Shown here in pieces: positions 36,415 through 46,425 of a stretch of 64,000 nt of DNA; position 1 is the first letter of the stretch, and every line of letters begins with the position of its first letter. The stretch comes from Planctomycetota bacterium (GTDB lineage Bacteria; Planctomycetota; Phycisphaerae; WQYP01). The position numbers and the translations under genes are program-made. Where the stretch lies: positions 39,440-103,439 of the forward strand of contig JAKBMM010000002.1 of NCBI GenBank assembly GCA_021831565.1. Direction: 5' to 3'. The notes under the pieces were generated by a model. It was not told the DNA's origin. It made no database searches and saw nothing but the letters and a program-made list of their open reading frames with translations.

Positions 36415-36845
36415 TAAAGCGATTCGAGCCGCCTTTGGGCCTCTCTCTTTCCGATCCCGCGCACCGCGAGGTACTTGGCGAATTGCGCCTGCCGGGGTCG
36501 CGTCTTGCCTGTTTCCCAATTATAGATCGTAAGGTCGCTCACTCCAACCAGTTTTCCATAGTCCGCCGCGGATACGCCGAGTTTCTTGCGGTGCGAACGC
36601 AGTCCGTCCGCCCGGAAACGCACGCCTTCCACTGTCTCGGGCTCCGGCGGCCGGCCCAGTCGCTTCTTTTCCTGGCGATCCAGAAACGTGACGGTCTTGG
36701 ACATCCCCGCCACCCGCCGCTTGAGTGCGGCGATATCCCGCCGATATTGTGCGGTCAGATGCCGCGTCGATCGGGTCATGGCGTTGATTTCACGCCGGGC
36801 CAGGCGGCGGATGTGTTGGTTGAGAATGGCATGGATGTTGGGCAT
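36414..36845 (-). CDS. Small HTH (XRE-like) transcriptional regulator
   Basis: ATG 36845 with GGAGG RBS 8 nt upstream. C-terminal HTH LGVSAADYGKLVGVSDLTIYNWETGKTRP. Confidence 0.6.
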   Translation of the reverse strand: MPNIHAILNQHIRRLARREINAMTRSTRHLTAQYRRDIAALKRRVAGMSKTVTFLDRQEKKRLGRPPEPETVEGVRFRADGLRSHRKKLGVSAADYGKLVGVSDLTIYNWETGKTRPRQAQFAKYLAVRGIGKREAQRRLESL

Positions 36846-36913
36846 TGGTAAAATCCTCCATAAGGGACATAAGAGTAAATCTAAACGTGATTGTATTATC
36901 AACGTTGGCGAGT

Positions 36914-37960
36914 TTATTTCAAATCGCCAAGAAGTTCCTCGACCAGGTCCTTCATGGTCGCCAGGCCAATGACCCGCCCCTGGCGATTCACCACCAGGGC
37001 AATGGTGTGGCGGGCGGCCTGCAGGAGCTTGATGGCCGAGCGCACCGACTGCTCGGGCAGAAGCGTCATGGCGGGCTGGAGATGGCGCAGCAAATCCGGC
37101 GGCCCGGGATCGCCCAATGCGTCGACGACGTTGACAATTCCCAGAACATCTTCGGCGCTGCGCCCCAACACCGCCAGGCGCGACACGTGGTAACGCCGCA
37201 CCAGCGCCTCGAAACCCTTGCGGCTGATTCCCACCGGCAGTCCGATGACCCGGTTCCACTCCACCATCACATCGCCCACCGTCACATGCGCCATGCGCAG
37301 TCCGCGGCGGATCAGGTCGTGCTGGGTGTCGCTGATGAAGCCGCCGGCGGTGGATTCCTCCGCGAACGCCAGGAGTCGCGGCGGCGTGGCGATATTTTCA
37401 TTCGGATGGGAACGGAACATCCGGCGCGTAAGCCAGTCCAGCCCCCGCAGCAGAGGCAGCAGGGGAAGCACGGTAATGACGGCCAAAGCCCATTGCAAAG
37501 GACGAACCAGGCGGTACATCCAGCGATCGGCGTGCGTCAAGAAAAGATCCTTGGGAATAATTTCACCGAAGATCAGCAGGAGAGGCAGCGCCACCGCGGC
37601 GGCTCTTAGCGCCTGCGCCGCGCTGCCTACGTGCCGCTGCTGCAGGAGCGCGGCGATGGCCGCCGAAAGACTGAAATTGCATATATTCTGCCAGATCAAA
37701 AGGCCGGCGATCACGCCGGCCGGGCGCTTGAGCCAGCCGGCCAGACGCAATGCCGCCGGGTCTTTTTTCCAGCAGCGAATTTCCAGCCGCGGCCGGGACA
37801 ACATATAGAATCCGGTTTCCAGACCGCTGAAAAAGATCGAACCGACCAATCCGAGCACGGCCAGCGTCAACCACGCCAGCGATGCCGGCGACATACCCGC
37901 CGTGATCGCGGCCATTACGCGGCCAGCCATTTCTATTATTTTCAGCGTCAATATGTTCAT
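36914..37960 (-). CDS. CNNM/CorC-HlyC family protein (DUF21 TM domain + CBS pair)
   Basis: MNILTLKIIEMAG start, then DUF21 helices and a CBS-domain region. Confidence 0.65.
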   Translation of the reverse strand: MNILTLKIIEMAGRVMAAITAGMSPASLAWLTLAVLGLVGSIFFSGLETGFYMLSRPRLEIRCWKKDPAALRLAGWLKRPAGVIAGLLIWQNICNFSLSAAIAALLQQRHVGSAAQALRAAAVALPLLLIFGEIIPKDLFLTHADRWMYRLVRPLQWALAVITVLPLLPLLRGLDWLTRRMFRSHPNENIATPPRLLAFAEESTAGGFISDTQHDLIRRGLRMAHVTVGDVMVEWNRVIGLPVGISRKGFEALVRRYHVSRLAVLGRSAEDVLGIVNVVDALGDPGPPDLLRHLQPAMTLLPEQSVRSAIKLLQAARHTIALVVNRQGRVIGLATMKDLVEELLGDLK

Positions 37961-38010
37961 GATCCGTTCCGACAAACCATTCGCAGCGCGACCGCACCGG
38001 TCGACAGGTT

Positions 38011-39303
38011 CTAAGTCCCTCCTGGAGAGCCGACGGAAGGAAGGTGGGTGAGGCGAATACGAACCTGCTCCACCCGCGGGCCGCGCATGGACTGGACGGT
38101 CAACTGAACGTGCGGCAAACGCACGCAGTCGCCGGGCCGGGGAATGCGGCCCAATTCCGCGTAAATCAGTCCGCCGACCGTGGCCACCCGTGTCGTCGGG
38201 ACGCGCTCGCGGAGCAATTCGGCGCAATCCAGCAGCGACACGTTGCCCGCGGCCAACCATTCGTCCGGTCCTACCGGCGACATGACATCGGTAACCACGT
38301 CGTGCGGTTCATAAATTTCCCCGATCAGTTGCTCCACCACGTCTTCCAGCGACACCAGGCCCGCTATGCCGCCGTATTCATCGACCACCATCGCCATCTG
38401 GGTGTGATTTGCACGGAATGAGCCCAGCAGCCGATCCACAGTTTGCAGTTCCGGCGCGAACGGCGCCGGTTTGAGCAATGTCCGCAGCGCGGCCGAAGTC
38501 GCTGGCTTTTCCAGCAGAAAGGTTTTGGCGTAAATGACGCCCAGTATGCTGTCCACCTGGCGTTCGTAAACCGGAATCTTGGACCGATGGGTTCGTTGAA
38601 ACAGCTCGCGCAGTTCCGTCATCGGCTGCTGGATGTCAAAGCAGGTCATGTTGACGCGCGGGACCATGATTTGCCGCACCAGGATGTCCTTCAGGCGCAA
38701 CACCTGCTGCAAAAGCTGGCCTTCGCCGGCGTCGATCACGCCCTGCTGCTGGGACATGCGTAAAAATTCGCGTAATTCCGGAGCGCTGATTGCGCCGGCA
38801 GCGCCCGGCGGCGCCAAGAGCCGCCCGGCGGGCCGGATCACCAGTCTTTCCAGAGCCTCCGCCACGGGATGAAGCCCGCGCACCAGACCCGCCAGCGGCA
38901 GCGCCAGCAGCGGCGCCAGGCGGCGGTTGAAATTGCGGCCGAGCATCTTCGGAAGCACCTCGCCGAAATAAGCCACAATCAATACCGGCGCCAGGGAAAG
39001 GGCCAGAACCGCGCCTTCCCCGATCCGCCGCGCCAGGCGCTCCAGCAGCAGCGCGCTGAAAATGAATACCAGCGTGGTGCAGAGCATGTTCAGCAGAAGA
39101 ATGATGGTCAACAGCGAACGGCTCTTCTCGCGCAGCGCCGCCACCAGCACCTGGCGTCGTTTGCCGCTGCGGCGAAACAGATACAGATCGTGGCGGGTAA
39201 GGGAGAACAAGACGGTTTCCGCGCACGAAAACAGTGCGGCCGCCAGTAGCAGGAGCAGGCTCGGCACAAGGATGGCCAGGTTATCCAGCAGGAAGTTGCG
39301 CAT
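38011..39303 (-). CDS. CNNM/CorC-HlyC family protein (DUF21 + CBS pair + CorC_HlyC C-terminal domain)
   Basis: DUF21 TM region, then the CBS pair (RQIMVPRVNM...), then the C-terminal transporter-associated domain. Confidence 0.7.
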   Translation of the reverse strand: MRNFLLDNLAILVPSLLLLLAAALFSCAETVLFSLTRHDLYLFRRSGKRRQVLVAALREKSRSLLTIILLLNMLCTTLVFIFSALLLERLARRIGEGAVLALSLAPVLIVAYFGEVLPKMLGRNFNRRLAPLLALPLAGLVRGLHPVAEALERLVIRPAGRLLAPPGAAGAISAPELREFLRMSQQQGVIDAGEGQLLQQVLRLKDILVRQIMVPRVNMTCFDIQQPMTELRELFQRTHRSKIPVYERQVDSILGVIYAKTFLLEKPATSAALRTLLKPAPFAPELQTVDRLLGSFRANHTQMAMVVDEYGGIAGLVSLEDVVEQLIGEIYEPHDVVTDVMSPVGPDEWLAAGNVSLLDCAELLRERVPTTRVATVGGLIYAELGRIPRPGDCVRLPHVQLTVQSMRGPRVEQVRIRLTHLPSVGSPGGT

Positions 39304-39404
39304 CGATTCTCACCGCCGCACCGTTGCCAAAGCTCTATTTTCTCTCACCATGGCTATTGCGGGAAACTGTCAAATTATCCGTTGACGCGGTTATACTGGC
39401 AATC

Positions 39405-40172
39405 ATGAATTCTTGTCGCGTGAGCGTAAGCGTAATTGTTCCGACTTATGGCGAGGCGGAGAATCTGCCGCGACTGGTTCCGCTGATCGCCCAGGCTTTT
39501 CACGCCCGCGGATGGAAGTGGGAAATCATTGTTATCGACGACAATTCACCGGATTCCACGCCGCAGGTGCTGGAGACTCTCGTTCGCCAATGGCCGCAAA
39601 TGCGGTATTTGATTCGCAAAGAACAGCGCGGTCTTTCCTCCGCGGTGCTCGCCGGTTTTGCACTGGCGAGCCATGAATATTTACTGGTCATGGACGCGGA
39701 CCTGAGCCATCCGCCCGAAGCCGCTCCCGGCTTGATCGATCCCTTGCTGGCCGGCACGGCGGATTTCGTGATCGGGTCGCGTTATGTCGCCGGCGGGCGA
39801 ACCGAAAAATGGAGCGTATTTCGCCGGCTCAACAGCGCCCTGGCCACTTTATTGTGCCGGCCGTTCTGCGGCGGCGTCAAAGATCCCATGGCCGGCTTTT
39901 TCGCCTTGGCGCGCCAAACCTGGCGGAACGCCGATGAACTCAATCCCGTCGGCTACAAAATTGGATTGGAACTGCTGGTCAAATGTCGCGTGTCGCGCGT
40001 GGTGGAAACGCCCATCGTGTTTCGCAACCGCACCCACGGAACAAGCAAGTTGACCTTGCGGGAACAGTTCCGCTATCTGGAGCATCTCCGGCGGCTGTTT
40101 GCCTATCAATTTTCCCGGTCGGCCATGTTCCGTAGAATTATGTTCTATCGACGGCGAAGATGCGGAATATGA
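39405..40172 (+). CDS. Family-2 glycosyltransferase, polyprenol-phosphate mannosyl/glucosyl-transferase-like
   Basis: VSVIVPTYGEAENL...IVIDDNSPDST...LVMDADLSHPP are the GT2 DxD-type motifs. Confidence 0.75.
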   Translation: MNSCRVSVSVIVPTYGEAENLPRLVPLIAQAFHARGWKWEIIVIDDNSPDSTPQVLETLVRQWPQMRYLIRKEQRGLSSAVLAGFALASHEYLLVMDADLSHPPEAAPGLIDPLLAGTADFVIGSRYVAGGRTEKWSVFRRLNSALATLLCRPFCGGVKDPMAGFFALARQTWRNADELNPVGYKIGLELLVKCRVSRVVETPIVFRNRTHGTSKLTLREQFRYLEHLRRLFAYQFSRSAMFRRIMFYRRRRCGI

Positions 40173-40888
40173 TGACCGGCGGTTGTGTGATTTTTGATTT
40201 CGACGGTGTGGTGGCCGACACCGAAAACCTGCACCTGGCGGCCCACAACCAGGCGCTGGCGGAGCTGGCGCCGCGGATCGGCACGCGCATCGAACTGACG
40301 CCCCAGATCTACTTTTCGCGCTACGTGGTGTATGGAAATCACGAAGGCTTCCAGCGGATGCTCCAGGATGCCGGCGCGGCGGCCGGCCCACCGCTGATCG
40401 AAGAGCTCTGCCGCGTGAAAGACCGGATCATGGACAGCCGGCTGGCGGAATTGGCCGCTCCCCTTCCGGGCGTTCGCCGGCTGCTGGCGCATCTGGCGCG
40501 GCGGCGGGTGCCCTGCGGTATTTGCAGCGGCGCCCGGCGAAGTGAAATCGAGGACCTGCTGCGGGCTTTCGATCTGGCCCGCCATTTTCCGGTGATTGTG
40601 GCCATTGAGGACGTGCGCCGGTGCAAACCCGACCCGGAAGGCTATTCTCTGGCGTGGGAGCGTTTAAGGAATGCCGCCCGCGTACCGATCGAGAAAAATA
40701 TGAGTCTGGTTATTGAAGACACGGCCGGCGGCGCCGCCGCCGCGCGCGCCGCCGGTCTGCGCGTGCTCGGCCTGGCTACCAGCAGTTCCCTGCCAGCCGT
40801 CCGCCAATGGGCGGACTACGTCGCGGCGGATTTGTCCAGCCTCAATTTGCGGCAATTCGACGCCTGGCTTGGTCTGACCGGTCCCTGA
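40160..40888 (+). CDS. HAD-superfamily hydrolase (beta-phosphoglucomutase-like subfamily IA)
   Basis: VIFDFDGVVADTE motif I and the C-terminal LVIEDTAGG...AAGLRV motif III/IV. Overlaps the GT2 gene by 13 nt. Confidence 0.7.
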   Translation: MRNMMTGGCVIFDFDGVVADTENLHLAAHNQALAELAPRIGTRIELTPQIYFSRYVVYGNHEGFQRMLQDAGAAAGPPLIEELCRVKDRIMDSRLAELAAPLPGVRRLLAHLARRRVPCGICSGARRSEIEDLLRAFDLARHFPVIVAIEDVRRCKPDPEGYSLAWERLRNAARVPIEKNMSLVIEDTAGGAAAARAAGLRVLGLATSSSLPAVRQWADYVAADLSSLNLRQFDAWLGLTGP

Positions 40889-41003
40889 CCCCGGCGCGTT
40901 ACGAAAGCGTCCGGCGCCAAGCCGGGCCGCCGCGGCGGCCCGCGTCGCGGGGTGCGCCCGGCGGAGACCACGGATCGGGAGTATAAAATACCAGGGGTGT
41001 CCC

Positions 41004-43730
41004 ATGGATCAGATGCGTCCGGATCCCGATGCTCTTCTGGACCGGATCAACGCCGAGGAAGCGAAAAAAAAACGCGGAAAACTCAAAGTGTTTTTCGGCG
41101 CCGCCCCCGGTGTGGGCAAAACCTACGCCATGCTGGAAGAAGCGCGGCGGCAGGCCGAGCAGGGGCAAGACGTCCTGATCGGGTACGCCGAGCCGCACAT
41201 TCGTCCCGACACCGAGATGCTGTTGCTGGGCCTGCGAATTCTGCCCTATAAAATGGTCGAGTACAAAGGCGTCACGCTCAAGGAATTTGATCTGGACGCC
41301 GCCCTGGCGCGCCGGCCGGCGCTGATTTGCGTGGACGAATTGGCGCATTCCAACGCCCCGGGCCTGCGCCACGCCAAGCGTTATCAGGACGTTCTGGAAC
41401 TGCTCGGGGCGGGGCTGGATGTATGGACCACCTTGAACGTCCAGCATTTGGAATCCGTCCAGGACATCGTGGAGCGCGTTTCCGGCGTGAAGGTGCGCGA
41501 GACCCTGCCCGACTGGGTGCTGGAGCAGGCCGACGATATCCAACTTGTTGATATATCCCCGGAAAAACTTATTGAGCGGATCGCCGAGGGGAAAATATAC
41601 ACCCATCACTCTGTGGATTATCTGACGCGGCAATTTTTCAACCGGGGAAATCTCGCCGCGCTGCGGGAACTCGCGCTGCGGCGCCTGGCGGATCGCGTGG
41701 ACGTGCAGATGGAAACGTTCCGGCGCCAACACGCGGTCGCGGAATCGTGGCCCGCGGCGGAACGCATCCTGGTGTGCATCGGTCCAAGCCCGTTTTCCGC
41801 CCGGCTGGTTCGCGCGGCGCGCCGCATGGCCATGGCGTTTCGAACGAACTGGATCGCTCTCTATGTCGAAACGCCGGGAACGGCGCGACTGCCCGCCCCT
41901 GCCCGCGAACGGGCCTTCGCCACCCTGCGGCTGGCCGAAGAGCTCGGCGGGCAAGCGGTTACGCTCAGCGGCGACGATCCGGCGCAGGAGATACTCGCCT
42001 ACGCCCGCGGGAAAAACGTCGCCCGGATTATTGTCGGCAAGCCGCTGCGCCGCCGGAGCGCGCCTTTCCAGCGCTCCCTGGTGGACCAGTTGATCCGCCG
42101 GGCGGGGCCTATCGACATATATATCATTAGAGATTCATCCGAACCAGTGCTTCCCGAGGGACCCGCCGGCCGGGCGCCGCGCCCGCGACCGGCCGGCTAT
42201 GGCTGGGCCGTGGCGATCACGGCGTTGGCAACCATCCTCGGCGCGGGGCTTTATCATGGCCTGCATCTGTCCAACAGCAACGTGCTGATGCTCGATCTGC
42301 TGGGCGTTTTGTGGGTGGCGATACGGTTCGGCCGCGGCCCGGCCGCGCTGGCTTCGGTATTGAGCGTGGCCGCGTTTGACTATACCGTTGTTCCTCCCTA
42401 CTACAGTTTCGCCGTCAGCGACACGCAATATGGCATCACCTTCGCCGTCATGCTGGTCGCGGCGCTGCTGCTGAGCACTCTGACCGATCGCCTGCACCGG
42501 CAGTCCGAGGCCGCGCGTCATCGCGAGCGGCGGACCGCGGCTCTGCTGGCGCTGTCGCGCGACCTCGCCGGAACGAGCGAAAAAGAAAAAAGCATGCAAA
42601 CCGCCGTACGCCACATCTCGCAAATGTTCCGCTGCGCCGCGGCGGTGCTCCTGCCGGGCCCAGACTCTCCGGGGCGGCCGGGACTCGTCGTCGCGGCCGG
42701 CGCCGGCCCGGCGCCGGGGGATGAAAAAGAAATGAGTGTGGCCCAATGGGTTTTTGAACACAATCAACCCGCCGGCAGAACCACTTGCACCTTGCCGTCC
42801 GCCGCGGGAATGTACGTACCGCTGCGGATCGGTCCGAAAACCAGCGGGGTGCTGGCGCTGACCGGTGAAGCGGTCGAACACTTTTGCGACCCCGACCACC
42901 GGCACTTTATGGAGGCTTTCGCCAATCAGACGGCGCTGGCCCTGGAGCGGGCGAATCTGGCCGAAGAGACGCGCCGCGCCTGGCGACGCGTGGAGACGGA
43001 ATCCATCCGCAACACGCTTCTTTCGGGTGTTTCCCATGATCTGCGCACGCCGCTGGCGGTCATTACCGGATCGGCGACGGCCTTGCTGGAGGGCGGCCTG
43101 GATCGCGATTCGCCCGCCGGCGCGCAAATGCTCGCGGCCATTGTGCAAGAGGCGGAGCGCATGGAGCGGCTGATCGCCAACCTGCTCGACATGAGCCGGC
43201 TGGAATCCGGAGCCGTGCAACCGCGGCTGGAAATTTTCCCGCTTAACGAACTGGTGGCATCCGCCCTGGCCCGGCTCAAACGCCGGGTGGCCGGCCGAGA
43301 CATTCATATTGCGATCCCGGCGGACATGCCCCTGTTGCGAGTGGACGGGCTTCTCTTCGAGCAGGCGCTGACGAATCTTATCGAGAACGCCGTGGAGCAT
43401 ACGCCGCCGGAGACTCCCCTGGAAATCAGCGCCGCCGCGTCCGGGCGGGGGGCCACGATTCAAGTCGCCGACCGGGGACCGGGGCTGCCGGACGAACAGC
43501 GCGAGCGGATATTTGAAAAATTCTTTCGGGCTCCGGCGGCGCGCGGTCGGCGCGGCGCGGGATTGGGATTGGCGCTGGTGCGGGCCATCGTTCAGATGCA
43601 CGCGGGATCCGTCACGGCCGACAACCGGCCGGGCGGCGGCGCGGAATTTACCATTACCCTGCCGCCAACTTGTACGTATGCGGACGGCGGGGATATTCTC
43701 CAGAATGAAGATTCCGGGACAAACGCATGA
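41004..43730 (+). CDS. kdpD: Sensor histidine kinase KdpD (KdpD N-terminal/Usp domain, TM, GAF-like, HisKA, HATPase)
   Basis: KVFFGAAPGVGKTYAML N-terminal P-loop. H-box VSHDLRTPL; G-boxes DRGPGLP and GLGLAL. Confidence 0.85.
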   Translation: MDQMRPDPDALLDRINAEEAKKKRGKLKVFFGAAPGVGKTYAMLEEARRQAEQGQDVLIGYAEPHIRPDTEMLLLGLRILPYKMVEYKGVTLKEFDLDAALARRPALICVDELAHSNAPGLRHAKRYQDVLELLGAGLDVWTTLNVQHLESVQDIVERVSGVKVRETLPDWVLEQADDIQLVDISPEKLIERIAEGKIYTHHSVDYLTRQFFNRGNLAALRELALRRLADRVDVQMETFRRQHAVAESWPAAERILVCIGPSPFSARLVRAARRMAMAFRTNWIALYVETPGTARLPAPARERAFATLRLAEELGGQAVTLSGDDPAQEILAYARGKNVARIIVGKPLRRRSAPFQRSLVDQLIRRAGPIDIYIIRDSSEPVLPEGPAGRAPRPRPAGYGWAVAITALATILGAGLYHGLHLSNSNVLMLDLLGVLWVAIRFGRGPAALASVLSVAAFDYTVVPPYYSFAVSDTQYGITFAVMLVAALLLSTLTDRLHRQSEAARHRERRTAALLALSRDLAGTSEKEKSMQTAVRHISQMFRCAAAVLLPGPDSPGRPGLVVAAGAGPAPGDEKEMSVAQWVFEHNQPAGRTTCTLPSAAGMYVPLRIGPKTSGVLALTGEAVEHFCDPDHRHFMEAFANQTALALERANLAEETRRAWRRVETESIRNTLLSGVSHDLRTPLAVITGSATALLEGGLDRDSPAGAQMLAAIVQEAERMERLIANLLDMSRLESGAVQPRLEIFPLNELVASALARLKRRVAGRDIHIAIPADMPLLRVDGLLFEQALTNLIENAVEHTPPETPLEISAAASGRGATIQVADRGPGLPDEQRERIFEKFFRAPAARGRRGAGLGLALVRAIVQMHAGSVTADNRPGGGAEFTITLPPTCTYADGGDILQNEDSGTNA

Positions 43731-44428
43731 ATCCAACCCTGGCGCCGGTGATCCTGGTTATTGAGGATGATCCGGCCATACAAAAAGTCCTTCGCGTATC
43801 GCTGGAAGCCGGGGGCTATCAAGTGGTGGAGGCGCGCACCGGCCAGGACGGTGTTTTGCAGGCCGCCACGCGATCTCCGGACGTGATCATTCTCGATTTG
43901 GGTTTGCCCGACATGGCCGGCGAGGCGACGGCCCGCGAGATTCGCCAGTGGTCCAGCGTACCGATTCTTGTGGTTTCCGCGCGGGGAAAGGAATTCGACA
44001 AAGTCGCCGTATTGGACGCCGGGGTGGACGATTACCTGACCAAGCCGTTTTCGATCCAGGAATTGCTCGCCCGGCTCCGCGCGCTGTTGCGGCGCCGGCG
44101 GCCGGTGGATCATGCGCAACCGGCGGTTTTCCAGGCGGGCGATCTGGTGCTGGATGTGGCGCAACGCCGGGTTACGCTCGCCGATCGGCCCGTGCATCTG
44201 ACGCGCCATGAATACCGGCTGCTGTGTCTGCTGATGCGCCACGCGGGGCGCGTGCTGACCCATTCGTACCTGCTGCGGGAAATATGGGGGCCGGACGCCG
44301 CGGAACAGACGCATTATATTCGCGTGTATATTAATCAACTTCGCCGGAAGATTGAAGCCGATCCCAGCCGACCGCGCCATATTCTCACCGAACCGGGCGT
44401 CGGCTACCGTTGGGCCGAGTCGCCCTGA
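43727..44428 (+). CDS. kdpE: OmpR-family response regulator KdpE
   Basis: REC domain (ILVIEDD...DVIILDLGLPD) plus winged-helix output domain. ATGA overlap with kdpD. Confidence 0.8.
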   Translation: MNPTLAPVILVIEDDPAIQKVLRVSLEAGGYQVVEARTGQDGVLQAATRSPDVIILDLGLPDMAGEATAREIRQWSSVPILVVSARGKEFDKVAVLDAGVDDYLTKPFSIQELLARLRALLRRRRPVDHAQPAVFQAGDLVLDVAQRRVTLADRPVHLTRHEYRLLCLLMRHAGRVLTHSYLLREIWGPDAAEQTHYIRVYINQLRRKIEADPSRPRHILTEPGVGYRWAESP

Positions 44429-45858
44429 TCGCCCGGAGATGATTCGAGCATCGCGGCCGGGTCGAGCAGCTCCGCGAGCCGCTCCGGCGGGAGCCTGGTT
44501 TTCACCGCCGCCACTTCGCGGATGGTTTTTCCGGTGGCGGCGGCTTCCTTGGCGATGGCCGCGGCCTGTTCATAGCCGATCACCGGCGCCAGCGCCGTGG
44601 CCAGCATCAGCCCCGCTTCGACCAGTTGCGGCCCCCGCCGCGTCGGCTGGACGCCGTCCACGCATTGGACGGCGAAATTCTCCGCCGCCCGGCCCAGGAG
44701 CGTGCTGGATTCCAACAGCGCCTCGGCCGCGACCGGCAGCGCCACGATTAATTCAAAATTGCCGCTGGTCGCGGCCGCCGTGATGGTCGCATCGTTGCCG
44801 ATGACCCTCTGGCAGACCATCAAAAGGCTTTCCGCAATGACGGGGTTCACCTTGCCGGGCATGATGGAACTGCCCGGCTGCACCGGAGGGATTTCAATTT
44901 CGCCCAAACCCGCCCGGGGGCCGCAACCCATCCAGCGAAGGTCGTTGGCGATCTTGGTCAGGCTGATGGCGATGGTTTTGAGAACACCGGAGGCGAACGC
45001 CGCCGCGTCCAGCGTGGCCTGCGCCTGAAAATGATTCGTGCTTTCATATATCTCAATCTCCAGCCATTGCGCCAACAGCGCGCACACCCGCCCGGCGAAG
45101 CGCGGATGGGTGTTCAGGCCGGTTCCCACGGCGGTGCCCCCCAGCGCCACTTCGGCCAGTTCGCTCTCCGCCGCCGCCCAGCGCCGCCGCGCGCGTTCCA
45201 CCTGCCCGGCGAATCCCAGAAATTCCTGTCCCATGCGGATCGGCGTGGCGTCCTGCAAGTGCGTCCGGCCGGTTTTGATGATATTCCATGTTTCCTGACT
45301 CTTCTTGTTCAGCGACGCCTCCAGCTTCGCCAGCCCCGGCCGCAGAACCCGCCGGCCTTGCGCCAGCGCCGCCACGTGCAACGACGTGGGAATGGTATCG
45401 TTGCTGGACTGACCCATGTTGACGTGATCGTTCGGATGCACCGGCGATTTATCGCCCCGTCGGCCGCCGAGCATTTCATTGGCCCGGCTGGCGATTACCT
45501 CATTGAGGTTCATGTTCGTGCTGGTGCCCGAACCGGTCTGGTAGACATCCACGGGAAACTGATCCGCCAGATCGCCCGCGGCGATTTCATCCGCCGCGCG
45601 GGCGATCGCCTGGGACCGTTTTTCATCCAGCAGGCCCAGTTCACGGTTGGCGATGGCCGCGGCTTTTTTCAGCAGGGCGTGCGCATGAATAAACGCCGGT
45701 GGCAGCGGCTTGCCGGAAAGAGGAAAGTTCCGTAAAGCCCGCAGGGTCTGCACCCCGTAATAAGCCTCGGCCGGGACCTCCAGCGGACCGATCGAATCTT
45801 TTTCGATGCGAAAAGCGGGTTGGTCGTCACTTGTCGTCATGTTTTTCTCCTGGTTCAA
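44404..45858 (-). CDS. Aspartate ammonia-lyase / class-II fumarase family lyase
   Basis: GSSIMPGKVNPVIAE signature (VNPV variant favours aspartase) and TGSGTSTNMN. About 25-aa C-terminal extension overlapping the kdpE 3' end. Confidence 0.75.
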   Translation of the reverse strand: MNQEKNMTTSDDQPAFRIEKDSIGPLEVPAEAYYGVQTLRALRNFPLSGKPLPPAFIHAHALLKKAAAIANRELGLLDEKRSQAIARAADEIAAGDLADQFPVDVYQTGSGTSTNMNLNEVIASRANEMLGGRRGDKSPVHPNDHVNMGQSSNDTIPTSLHVAALAQGRRVLRPGLAKLEASLNKKSQETWNIIKTGRTHLQDATPIRMGQEFLGFAGQVERARRRWAAAESELAEVALGGTAVGTGLNTHPRFAGRVCALLAQWLEIEIYESTNHFQAQATLDAAAFASGVLKTIAISLTKIANDLRWMGCGPRAGLGEIEIPPVQPGSSIMPGKVNPVIAESLLMVCQRVIGNDATITAAATSGNFELIVALPVAAEALLESSTLLGRAAENFAVQCVDGVQPTRRGPQLVEAGLMLATALAPVIGYEQAAAIAKEAAATGKTIREVAAVKTRLPPERLAELLDPAAMLESSPGDQGDSAQR

Positions 45859-45933
45859 TTTCTCCCATAGCCATCGGAATTACCTGTAATCTATGTCGGA
45901 AAATACCACCCGTCCACCTATCGAAGGGAGCGG

Positions 45934-45968
45934 GTAACCGTTCACGGCGGCGCGAAAAACGGTTGCAG
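45934..45968. repeat. Partial third copy (terminal about 30 bp) of the structured repeat element
   Basis: GGTAACCGTTCACGGCGGCGCG-AAAACGG matches the end of copy B (TAACCGTTCACGGCGGCGCGGAAAACGG). Confidence 0.45.
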
Positions 45969-46063
45969 GCTCCCTCTCTCCGATGTTCACGACGCCTCGG
46001 CGGCGATACCGCTTCGCATCACCGGTTTGGCCGCCGCCGTCGTCCTGGCTACAATAACCGGGT

Positions 46064-46243
46064 ATGAAGTTTTTGACGGTATTAGAGCGCGACGAAAATG
46101 GAGTTTGGGTGGTTGAGTGCCCCTCCATTCCGGGCTGTGTCAGCCAAGGGGCCACCCGCGAACAAGCCATGGCCAATATTCGCGAGGCCATTGCCGCCTG
46201 CCTGGAAGTTCGTGCCGAACAGGGTATGCCGTTAACTGCCTAA
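46064..46243 (+). CDS. hicB: HicB-like antitoxin (UPF0150 family), 59 aa, with no recognisable hicA
   Basis: MKFLTVLERDENGVWVVECPSIPGCVSQGATREQAMANIREAIAACLE matches the HicB N-terminal fold. Missed by the ORF track (<60 aa). Confidence 0.6.
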   Translation: MKFLTVLERDENGVWVVECPSIPGCVSQGATREQAMANIREAIAACLEVRAEQGMPLTA

Positions 46244-46425
46244 AAAAAAGTCTGGCACAATTCTCAAAAAAGAGCCGATAATCCATTCAGGGCATTTTTT
46301 GGAGTTGGCTCTCGCCAACCGGGCCATTCCGCCCCAGCAAGAAGTGCCCATTAGCGTTATCTGGCCGAATCGTCGCCGCGCAAGAGCAGACAGAACAGGG
46401 TGTTGAGTATTTTTCCGGCGATCCG

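Noticed and set aside
39382-39397. TTGACG and TATACT hexamers upstream of the GT2 gene
   Set aside because: Only 4 nt apart, so they cannot form a sigma70 promoter.
40899-43736. 351-aa and 533-aa minus-strand ORFs antisense to kdpD
   Set aside because: Shadow ORFs with Arg/Gly/Pro-rich composition; kdpD is strongly supported on the plus strand.
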